Source: Takakia lepidozioides (taxonomy: Eukaryota; Plantae; Bryophyta). From it: a DNA stretch of 64,000 nucleotides. Made by a program: the position numbers and the translations under genes. The notes beneath the pieces are model-generated. The model saw only the letters and a program-made list of their open reading frames with translations, was not told where the DNA came from and did not search any database. The stretch lies in assembly GCA_030704615.1 (NCBI GenBank), contig CM060734.1:43400001-43464000 (forward strand). Direction: 5' to 3'. Positions 47,045 to 57,100 of this stretch are shown in pieces (position 1 is the first letter of the stretch; every line of letters begins with the position of its first letter).

Positions 47045-47436
47045 CCATCACAGACCAGCACAGGCCCACACAGCTCACAGGCCACAACCTGTCACAGCCC
47101 TACACAGGTCACAGGGTCACAGCCCCACAGGCCGCAGCCTGTCACAGCCCATCACAACCCCAAAGGCCACAGGCACAGCCTGTCGCAGCCCTACAAAGGT
47201 CACAAGGTCACAGCCCCAAAGGCCACAGCCTATCACAACCCCTCACAGCCCCATAGGCCACAGGGCACAGCCTGTCACAGCCCGACACAGATCACAGGGG
47301 TCACAGCCCCAAAGGCCACAGCCCGTTACAGCCCGTCACAGCCCCACAGGCCAGTGGGCACAGCCTGTCACAGCCCCTCACAGCCCGTCACAGCTCGCCA
47401 CAGCCTGTCACAGCCCGTCACAGCCCGCCACAGCCC
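47045..47436. repeat. Minisatellite of GTCACAGCCC-like ~10-mers in the Gypsy 5' region
   Basis: Directly visible repeated (G)TCACAGCC(C) and GGCCACAG motifs. Confidence 0.85.
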
Positions 47437-47756
47437 AAATGTCAATCCAGGGGTCAAGGCAGATTTAGGCCCTGGAGTGGTTATCTTCACGGCAAGCGCG
47501 GGAGGCTCATCTTTCTCGAGTTGAGCCTCACCGCGCCTAGCTATGGCGCCGTAGTGTGGATTCCCCATGGCGTGGGGTGCACTTGGCTTGACTTGTATTT
47601 GAGTGATGAGGTTATATATGCATGAGTTTATGTTTGTGAGCTCGTGCTTGTATTCTTCTTCTTTATTATTCGAGAAAGATGAGCTTCCCGCCCTTGCCGT
47701 GAAGATAACCACTCCAGGGCCTAAATCTGCCTTGACCCCTGGATTGACATTTGGGC
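47433..47756. mobile_element. Foldback/MITE-like element with 87-bp inverted arms
   Basis: 47433-47519 and 47670-47756 are reverse complements with 2 mismatches; 150-bp spacer; no TSD recognised. Confidence 0.75.
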
Positions 47757-48069
47757 CCATCCCAAATGTCAATATGTAAAAGCTAGCTATTTCCTAGCTA
47801 GTTTCAAACTAGTGGTAAAATAACTTGACAAGGCGTAGGTGATCCTAGGTTCAATCCTTCAACATGTGCCTTCAGATCGTCCATTGGGCATGTGTGTTGA
47901 GCAGTAGGCTCTGAAAATTCACTGGACGTTAAGAAACTTTATCTTGATCTTATCTCTTATGTTCATGACCTCTGGCTATAGTTACCCTTACCCGGCAATG
48001 TAATTAACAGTGCATAACCGACCAACACTGCACCAGACCAACCGGTCAATCCACACACCAGACAGGGCA

Positions 48070-48137
48070 GCGGGTTTTGAACCCCAAACCACCAGGGCGA
48101 CACACCGTGCACTTACCAGCTGAGCTATCAGCTGATG
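48070..48137 (-). mobile_element. tRNA-derived SINE head, family B
   Basis: Minus strand TAGCTCAGCTGG (A box)...GGGGTTCAAAACC (B box); related copy at 61095-61168. Confidence 0.55.
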
Positions 48138-49309
48138 TTATTTATTGGCTCTATCCCCTTCAGGCCAGAGTCAATGGAGAAAATCTGGTCTACCGACCTT
48201 ACACCGTGTCAAGAGTATGATTGGTCTAAAAAAGCTCTCAAGTATAAACCATGTGTTGCTTCAATGGACAGAGCCTCTCGCGCCTCTCGCGGTTTGTGGC
48301 TTGTTTATTTTTCTCTTATATTTTTCTTGTAAGGGCGTTGGCCGTTTACTTTACTAAGGGGATGTTATTATTATGTCACTTGACATTTGGGCTGGGTGGT
48401 CAATAGAATATGAATATTTCTATACCCCACTGTTTCTATATCCCCCCCCCTTGAGGATCCGGATACAATCTTTGAGACCAGATTTTCCACGAACATTTTT
48501 GGCCAGCAGCGGGTGTTGTGGGTTATATCGGAAATCTTCAGTGATGGATTCTAATTTCTGAGGAACCAACATATGATCTCGCGATTCCAATTGGTTGAAA
48601 GATTCGCCCATCGGATATTTCTGGAAACGATCGTTCGAAAAATGACACAACTTTCCGATTTTAAAAATACTTATAAAACATTTTCGAATTTTTGCAAGTT
48701 TGGCCTCTCTTTCCTCCTCATTCATATTTTAGATTCTAATTGAACAGGGGCCACCAGAGGCCTGAGAGCTTTATTTGTAAAAAATCATAAACCGTTGATC
48801 ATGGATCTCTTCCTGGAGAATCGAGACTAAGCGGTGCCGATCGATTGTGGAAGCCTGGCAGATGGCAACAATTGGTCACTTATCGGAAGCGGGCAACAAT
48901 TTACACAGACTGGAACGGACCGCCTGAATTATTTGCTGATAACGGCACCGGACTAATATTCTGTCAAGGTTCTTTTCCAACCCTTAACAGCTTCGAGATA
49001 TAAGCCGCGGGCTTTGGCTTTGGCTAATAATACCTGGCCTGCATTTTCCCCATCGCTTTTATTTATTTTTTAATTTTGTTTTTCTTACCGAGTTCGTTGA
49101 TTAATGGGACCGGCTTCGTAGTCCCCGACGATTCTCTCGATCTGACTTAAATCGACCGACAATATGTCACTTCTCGTTTGCGGACTTTTACTTAGGAATT
49201 TGTCGCATGTGTTAACAGAGAGCGAATCCGTGATGCCCTCAACTATCAACCCTCCGCAGTTGATCAATCACTCTCTCTATCAACTCTTCTGTCACTGCCT
49301 CTGCAACTC

Positions 49310-49705
49310 CCTCTCTTTGCTCCGTTCTTTCTTACGCTAAATTTCCCTTTAGAAGTCCCTCTCATCTGATCTCGATACTCTTAGTGTGGAGCTGACGTCG
49401 CTGATCTCGTAATGTTAACTACAAGTAGTCTTTTGTCTAGACTTGGTTCAATCTGGACATGATCTGTATGAGCCCTCTTTGCTTCGTTTCCCTTTAAAAG
49501 TCCCTCTCATCTGATCTCGATAGCCTTGTGTGGAAGATCGCTGTGCCCATCTCTTAGTGTTAACTACAAGTAGTCTTTTGTCTAGACTTGGTGCAATCTG
49601 GACATGATCTGTATGAGCCTTCTTTGCTTCATTTCCCTTTAGAAGTCCCTCTCATCTGATCTCGAATAGCCTTGTGTGGATCGCTGTTGCTGATCTCTCA
49701 GTGTT
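49310..49705. repeat. 145-bp tandem repeat (~2.5 copies) upstream of the GRAS gene
   Basis: TTTCCCTTTA(G/A)AAGTCCCTCTCATCTGATCTCGA starts at 49342, 49487 and 49632. Confidence 0.9.
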
Positions 49706-50553
49706 TTGGGTAGTTGTGATTATACGAAGTGGTGAAGATTCAAGTCTCTCAAGCTCGACTGGCCTTTTTCTCCTCTTGGGCTTATTTGGCAGCGTGGGTT
49801 AATGGAGTGGGTTTGGAAGCTGTACGTAGTGTCTCTAGCTTGTAAGTTAGGATCAATCCGCTCTGGAGATCTCCGCATTTCTAGCTGCTCGTATTGCAAG
49901 CGATGAGTTCCGGAAGATTTGAAATCCATCGGCATTGTTGGCTCAGACTGGAGGATCCAGAGTTGCGCTGCAGATTTAATCTCATCAAGCCACTTACCCT
50001 GTTATGACAAGGCATGTTTGCTTTACGTATGATACTCGATCCCCCCTGAAAAAAGTTCGAATGGAGACGGAGTCATCGCATGTGGTAAGCCTAGAATGAG
50101 CCTAGAATCAACTGTTCAGATCCTCTGGAAACAAGCTACAGTACATTTTAACTTTGGATAATTTAGAATAATGGAAAACCAAATTATCGTTCTACTAGTC
50201 AGTTCTGACTTCGGTCACAAACTATACTGGTAGATTCAGTAGTTATACTTCTGTAGGTCGAACTAGGGTGCCAGAATTCCAATGTTGTACAACATGTGAT
50301 CAAGCTACATATGATAATTACCACTGTCAGATGCCTATTAGCTGGCTTGTTAAGAAGCGATCCACATAGTGCAGTGGAATCTAACAATGATTCGCCTTGT
50401 GTATGGACCAGGTCACGATCCAGTAGCAAGCTGAGCGGCCTTGTAACTTGCTCTCTGAACTGAAGGACCTCCCCCAACATTTCAGTTCGAGCTCCAGATT
50501 CGTTTGGTCCACACCAGTGGGATATCCTGGAAGTCTTCTAGCCTCAGATTGCA

Positions 50554-52953
50554 ATGCCGCCCATGATGGGGTTGAGGACCGACCCCTCTACTCATCTGCT
50601 CGGAAACCCACTCTATGTACACAACGAGCCACCTGTCACAGGATTGAAGCTAGAGAGTCGGCCTAACAACTGTCTAGCACCTGGAGCGTTGGCTGACCTT
50701 TTCCAGAAGATGCAGCAGGGTCTGCAGCAGGGTCCTGCATTCTCCCCGCACCAGGAGAAACCCAAGTTTCACAGGAGGCGGCAGGAATTGCCAGCCTTGG
50801 CTCCTTCCCCCGTTCAGAGCTCAGCTGCACTGGCACCCAAAAACGACTTCTCACGTGAGACTGAAGGTATGGAGACAACTTCTGAGCATTATCTTGGGTC
50901 TTTGCTCTTACGGGAAATGCCACAGCTGAGGGCAGTACTGATGCAAGCTGGCCAAGTGTCACATCAGCAAAGTCTGCTACTAGAACATCTCACGGGATTG
51001 TTCCAGGGACTGGCACATTCTCAAATGCAGGTGCCCCAAAGTGGCACAGAAATATATCGCCATAACCACCAGCACATGCAAACTGTCTCCCCACAGTTTG
51101 ATGAGCTATGCAATGTCGACAGGAGTCTGACACAGGAGTCGGCCTTGAGTAGCAACCTTTGTAATCATTTGCACAGATTTGCATCAGGGGTTGACAGGGT
51201 CAAGGGCCAACTGGAGCTTGACATATCCTCTCATTCTCTACCGGCGCCCTCGGTTTCCAGGAAACGCTCATTTTCTGATCTTGCAGAGGAAAGCTGTAAT
51301 TCAGAGCTCAAGTTGGGGATAGGCGGTCGAAGCAACAGTTGCAGAGAAAGCGAGTTTGAAATTTCCCCTGCTTCACCTAATAAGATCTTCAAAAGGGAGA
51401 ACAGGTCAGATCTAGGCTCAGCTAATCTAAGTCTTGCGCCTCCAGTGGGTCGAAGTCAGTTTAGTTCCCAGGCAGCCTCGCAGATGAATGCGTCAAATAC
51501 ATTTGCTCGAAATGAGAACTCCAAACTATATTATCCATCATATGGTGTGGATGTACCTCGCCAAAGTGATTCCCATGCTCTCTTGGTTCAAGCGGTAGGA
51601 CTTCAGGAAAACTCAAGTCCTCACGCAAAGGCCAATCGTCAGCCTCATTCAACTCTGAGCTCCAGCTTCATTCAGCAGTCTGCGCGCCCCATACTGAATT
51701 TAAACTATATCAAACGCGAGTGTGAGTCATGCGTGTCAAGGAGCGACATCACAGAAGTTACCCAAAATGAGGACAACGAACCCGATATCCCTCCACCAGT
51801 CAGACTGGTGGCCGCTGGTCGTGAAGGTACAGCAACAGAACCTTCGGGTTTGCAGTTGGTCCATTTGCTCCTTAGGTGTGCAGATGCCATCTCTAAGGAT
51901 AACATAGAGGTGGCAGCGAGATTACTCGATGAACTGTACACGCATGCATCTGTCTATGGCGACTCAATGCAACGGACTGCCGCATATTTCACAGAAGGCT
52001 TGGCAGCCCGCATTGTAGAAAAGAACTCCCCCGTCTATCGGGCCTTCATGCAGCAATCCTGTGTAGATGATTATCTCTCATCATTCACTTCGCTCTACAA
52101 AGTCTCCCCGTATTTCCAGTTTGCCCACTTCACGGCCAACCAGGCAATTCTGGAGGCCTTCAAAGGGCATGATATAGTCCACGTGATAGATCTCGACATC
52201 ATGCAGGGCTTTCAATGGCCTGGTCTCATCCAGTCCTTGAGTGAGCGACCAGGTGGCCCTCCCCATCTACGCATTACTGCAATAGGAACACGGGTCAGAT
52301 CCATCCAAGAGACGGGGCGGCGCCTGGCGGCCTTTGCTGAGACCTTCAATGTCTCTTTCCAGTTTCATACTGTGGTGGGGGAGCTCGAGGAGTTGACTGC
52401 CATGGACCTTGGCACTAGACCTGGTGAAGCATTAGCCGTGAATTGTGTGTTGCAACTGCACCGTTTGCTGAATCAGTCGACAGGAGAGAAGCTTCAAAGG
52501 TGCATAAACAGTATTTTTGGCCTGGCGCCATCTGTGGTGACACTTGTGGAACAAGAAGCAAACCATAACGCACCCACATTCTTAAGGCGCTTCATGGAGG
52601 CGTTGCACTACTACGCTGCGGTGTTTGACTCTCTGGATGCCTCCTTCCCTGTCGGAAGTGATGAACGTGTCAAAGTTGAGCAAATGTATTTTGCTCAGCA
52701 GATCAAGAATATTGTGGCCTGTGAAGGACCAGATCGAACAGAGCGGCACGAGAAGCTGGAGATGTGGCAAAGCCGAATGACGCTTGCCGGATTCCATCAA
52801 TTGCCCCTCAGCCCGCACGCAATCACCCAAGCTAAACTACTGCTCTCACTCTCCCCATGTGAGGGTTACGAACTCACAGAACATCCATGTGGGTCTGTGT
52901 CCCTTGGTTGGCAAGACAGACATCTTCTTGCTGTATCCACTTGGTCTGCTTGA
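50554..52953 (+). CDS. GRAS-family transcription factor (scarecrow-like), intronless, 799 aa
   Basis: Uninterrupted ORF; LHRI (GLQLVHLLLRCA, GDSMQR), VHIID (AHFTANQAILEAF..VHVIDLD..QWP), PFYRE (RFMEALHYY), SAW (IVACEG..ERHE..W, LGWQDR..STW). Confidence 0.96.
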   Translation: MPPMMGLRTDPSTHLLGNPLYVHNEPPVTGLKLESRPNNCLAPGALADLFQKMQQGLQQGPAFSPHQEKPKFHRRRQELPALAPSPVQSSAALAPKNDFSRETEGMETTSEHYLGSLLLREMPQLRAVLMQAGQVSHQQSLLLEHLTGLFQGLAHSQMQVPQSGTEIYRHNHQHMQTVSPQFDELCNVDRSLTQESALSSNLCNHLHRFASGVDRVKGQLELDISSHSLPAPSVSRKRSFSDLAEESCNSELKLGIGGRSNSCRESEFEISPASPNKIFKRENRSDLGSANLSLAPPVGRSQFSSQAASQMNASNTFARNENSKLYYPSYGVDVPRQSDSHALLVQAVGLQENSSPHAKANRQPHSTLSSSFIQQSARPILNLNYIKRECESCVSRSDITEVTQNEDNEPDIPPPVRLVAAGREGTATEPSGLQLVHLLLRCADAISKDNIEVAARLLDELYTHASVYGDSMQRTAAYFTEGLAARIVEKNSPVYRAFMQQSCVDDYLSSFTSLYKVSPYFQFAHFTANQAILEAFKGHDIVHVIDLDIMQGFQWPGLIQSLSERPGGPPHLRITAIGTRVRSIQETGRRLAAFAETFNVSFQFHTVVGELEELTAMDLGTRPGEALAVNCVLQLHRLLNQSTGEKLQRCINSIFGLAPSVVTLVEQEANHNAPTFLRRFMEALHYYAAVFDSLDASFPVGSDERVKVEQMYFAQQIKNIVACEGPDRTERHEKLEMWQSRMTLAGFHQLPLSPHAITQAKLLLSLSPCEGYELTEHPCGSVSLGWQDRHLLAVSTWSA

Positions 52954-54152
52954 ATAACATTGGTCTGCTTGAATAACAGAATTGCAAGCTCAAGCTAAGC
53001 TTATCTGAACAAAGAACAATAGCAAGCTTCTTCAGTTTAGACACTGGTTTGATCGTCGTCTTGAATCGTTCGCAGTGATCTAGAACTCTACAGCGAAACA
53101 TAATTTTTTGATGACGGGTGGATCAGTGTTTCATTCTTGCTGCCCTTATATGCACAAGTTGGAAGACAACTTCCATGTGTAGAGACGGTTCTCAACTATG
53201 TTACATGCAGAATCAATCGGCCTTCCAGACACAGTAACATGCATACATCACAAATTTTTCTGTATCTTGGAGGAGCTCCATGCAGATATAACTTTTTCAA
53301 TAAAACCTTGTCGTGTACTGTGCCATTGAAGTTGAGTCACTCTATAGTTGTCAAATGCTCGAGTAGCAAAGGTGTGCAGGGGGTGGAATTCAAAAGGCCT
53401 TGAATCATTTCAAGTCTTTGCTTGTTGCAGCATTGTTGTATAGACCCCTCCATGATGATGGAACAGTGGAACTCACACTCTTCTTTGTTAAAAATACATG
53501 TCATTTTTGTCAGAGACACACAGGACAACATCCCAACTAAAGTGAAGGTAGAATTCACGTTCTCTTCAGTTTTATGCACCCCTATCCTAGTGAAAGTCGG
53601 ACTTCCATCTGTCTTGACAAGCTGTCAAGGTGGCAGTGTACTTCCATCTCATTTTAAACAACGCTTCCCTTCAATGCACAGTAAATAGGCTCCTGCCAAC
53701 GGGTATGATTGTTGCGCAGGACCAAGATCCAGTGGAGTATAACGCCAATTCAAAAAAGAACAACATTTCTGCCCTTACCAACATTTCTGCCCTTTGGATG
53801 CTCTGTGATTAGGCTCCTTACCTGGTACTCCAGCAAAAGCAAATGATGGCATCTTCAGCAAATGGAAGAATACATTCCCAACGGTCCATTAGGAAAAAGA
53901 AAGTGCCGACTCTGTGGATATGGCCAGTAAGAATGATCCTGCACGATTGATTTTCAACAAAAAAAGATCAATTTTTGGCTGCCATGCTCCCTGTCAATAT
54001 CTTCGATGAAAGCTACCCCAGGATGTTGTACACTTGGCTCTCTCCACATACCATGTGCTTCCTAGTTGGCCCACTGAGGCCCTATAGCATCCATGATGTT
54101 CAGCTTTACCGTGTACACTCTCTGATTCCTTGAGAAATGAAGAGATAGCATA

Positions 54153-57100
54153 TCAGCCTCCACGCTTCCGCATACAATCAATGAAGATTGTGGCAAGTCG
54201 CTCATACATAGGGCCCTCTCTGAACATTTTGTGCACTCTCTCTCTTCCCATTTCACCCATTTGCATGGCCAGATCTGGGTGATCAAGTAACCAATGCAGG
54301 TGACGGGCTAACACTGGGATACCTCTGTTTCCAACAGGGTGCAAGAGGCCTGTCACATTCTCTTCCACAAGCTCTTTGGTTCCCCCCGCTTCTGTCCCCA
54401 GTACCTGCAACAACAAAGCAGCTGCGTACGTTACTCTTGTTGCTTCGTGTCCCTCGAACTTGTCTCTGACTGAGAATCGAAATGTCTCACACTCTCTCTC
54501 TCCACCCTAAGATGATTGACGCTAGTTCTTGGAAGCAAGACCATCCTGTTAAACAGGCTAAGTCTTGGCGGAAAAGGGTAGAAGAGATACATTGTCGAGA
54601 CCTTTGAAACCCACTACAGTACCCTTGGCAGAATTTCTAGGTCTAACAGTGAGGGGTCCGCTGAAGAACGGAAGGACACAGTTGGAAAAACTACTCCTAT
54701 GATTCAAGACAGCCCTGATAAATTGGAGTATATTTCATTTCAAAGGCTTACAATGCTCCCATTAGTTCTTTTGAGATTGTAGAAGCAATTGAGCATTTAA
54801 ACGGATATAAAGCTGGTGGACCTGATGGCATTGTCAACAAGCTTATCAAGCACAGTGGCGATCCCATGATAGGGGCCCTTGTACTTCTCTTTAACCTTAT
54901 CTGGAGGTGCAGAGGGATCAACTCTGAGGTCAAGGAAACCATATTTTCTTGCGTTATTAGACCTGCCTTGGAGTACGCATCTGCAAAATGGGTTGATAAC
55001 TCCAACCAGGCTAAGTCTCTAGAATCCATTCAAGTGGGGTTGCTTACGGAGTGCATGTCAGCATGCTCCAAAACAGCCAATGTGGCTGTTCGGGGTGAGT
55101 TTGGCATCCCTTCTTTAAGCTCCCGACGAGATGAATTCAAGGTCAGATGGTGGGGTCAGCTGCAACATATGTCCATCGTCAGATATCCTAAGTTAATCGA
55201 CTCTATATCTTGGAAACAGGATTGCCCTGTCAACAGGCTAAGTCCTGGCGGAAGAGAGTAGAAGAGATTCTCAAGGATCTGAATCTCAATCCGCTAGTCT
55301 TGAACGTGCTGGAAAATCTGACTTAGAGGCTGTAGTGTCCAAAGCCATGTCTGTTGCCACAAAATTGTCTAATGAAAATGAAGTAGGCAGAAAACTTCCC
55401 TGAACTTGTTTCCAGTCTGTGACATGGGGGAGGACATCATGGATGACCTCGAGGGTCTACCCACTAGACTGAAATTTAAACTCAGGGCGGGAAGCCTACC
55501 TTTGAACAGCAAACAGAAGCAGAGAGGAAAGGGAGACTGCAATTGCCCGTTGTGTGGGCAACCTGAAGACAATATTCATTTTCTGATTCATTGTCCGGGG
55601 TTCTCTCACCAGAGAGACACTCTCCTCAAATCTATCAAGGGAATTGTGCCTGTACCTCTTTCTACCAACTTTGAAAGTCTCGAGGCTGAGCCAAAAGCCC
55701 AGGCCCTTTTGGGGCATACTTATTGGGCAAACCACACACAGCAGATTGATGCTTGTGTGAAGGGTTTTCTAGAGGGTATCTGGAAAACCCTGATCAATTG
55801 TTTATTCCAAGGTAAGTCTTACTACCGGCGTCAGCCCCTGACAAAGGTAGGTTCTCTCCCTTTGTGTTCCGCTCAAACTGGACCCGGGTCTATGGCCACA
55901 AGGCTACGGCAAACAACGTCTTATGAGTACATTCTCTCACACCACCGGCAGAAAAGAGAAAGATCCACCCTTGTTTAATGTAGGATTTGAGAAAGTCTAT
56001 TGTAGAGATGTGTTCATCATTGAGACACTTCAAAGACGTGGCATCTCTAACCAACAGCACAAAAGTATTGATGCATACCGGTAGACCAAAGGCCATAGCT
56101 TCAATGGTCACCCTCCCAAACGTCTCTCCAATACCCTGCAAGACAAGAGAATTGCTAAGAGGGAGTCTATCGGCAGCAAGGTTGAGCCAGAAGTTCTCTC
56201 CAACTACGAATTCTCCTTCTTGCCAAGTGCTCACAAGAAAATGTAAGACAATAACTCTTTGATTACATTTCTACAGGGGAGATAGGGGAACTTGAGAGAC
56301 AAAATCAAGAATCAGCCCTTCCATTGTCTAGACAGAAGGCCAGAAAATTACCTGCGCATTCATGACGTATGCATCTGCAGCTGCATAAATAGGAGAGACA
56401 TGAACAGTAGCTTTGGTCCACAGCAACTCGTTTGCCAAGCGTGGGTGTCTATTTAACACCCCATATATTCTTTCCAAATAAGCAGGCTTGTTGCTCTTTG
56501 AGCCCACAGATCCTATCAGTATCTTCAAGCTGCGGTTCATTGCAGGCTTCTCTGTTTGGCTCTCCAGCAAGGTTCTCCTCTCTGCTGTTTCTGTGCGCAC
56601 ATAAGTGCCTAGGTTAACCCTCCTCCATAATCTTGAATTCTACATATATACATCACTAGCATAAGAGGTTTACAAGCTTTGTGGGAGGCAGTAAGATACA
56701 ACGTGCATAGAATTGCATGACTTTGGACCAAATTATGGTAGCCCTATGGCAATGAAATAGCACCTGGAACAATCTGACAGTTGAATTTCAAAGATCCACC
56801 TTCAGGTGTAAGTAGAACTGATAGCAAATTGCAACCTTATTTTCAATAAAAAGTCAAATATAAGCTCTTGAGTACCATTCACCTCTCCTTCATTGGTAGA
56901 TACTAGCTATACAAACCAGAGGATTGACTCTAGTCCTCACGAAAGTGCTAAAATGCTCAGAGAGTTTCACCAGATGAGCATTGGGATTACAACTACAGCG
57001 AGTACTCACCAAGAAGATCTGGTGCCTTTGCATTGTGCCTCCCTTCTTTCTTCATGTAAATAAGGCTTGATTCCACATCTTTTCCACTGTCCCTCCTTGG

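Larger units (their letters stand above)
39357..47432 (-). mobile_element. Ty3/Gypsy LTR retrotransposon encoding a C5 DNA methyltransferase and a PHD finger; 5' LTR not found
   Basis: Domain order on minus strand: Gag, 2x CCHC, PR, DNMT, RT, RNase H, IN, PHD; PPT-like AGGGGGG then a short TG...CA segment at 39534-39357. Confidence 0.92.

Noticed and set aside
46772-47772. 250-aa, 155-aa and 134-aa ORFs
   Set aside because: Products of the GTCACAGCCC minisatellite and the foldback arms.
39042-48030. hAT MITE enclosing the Gypsy (right TIR-like CCAACACTG at ~48030)
   Set aside because: The left terminus is too degenerate and no TSD could be confirmed.
48070-48137. Functional tRNA gene (also 61095-61168 and 63899-63965)
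   Set aside because: A/B boxes are present but I could not fold a convincing cloverleaf; the copies are diverged and repeated, so SINE heads are more likely.
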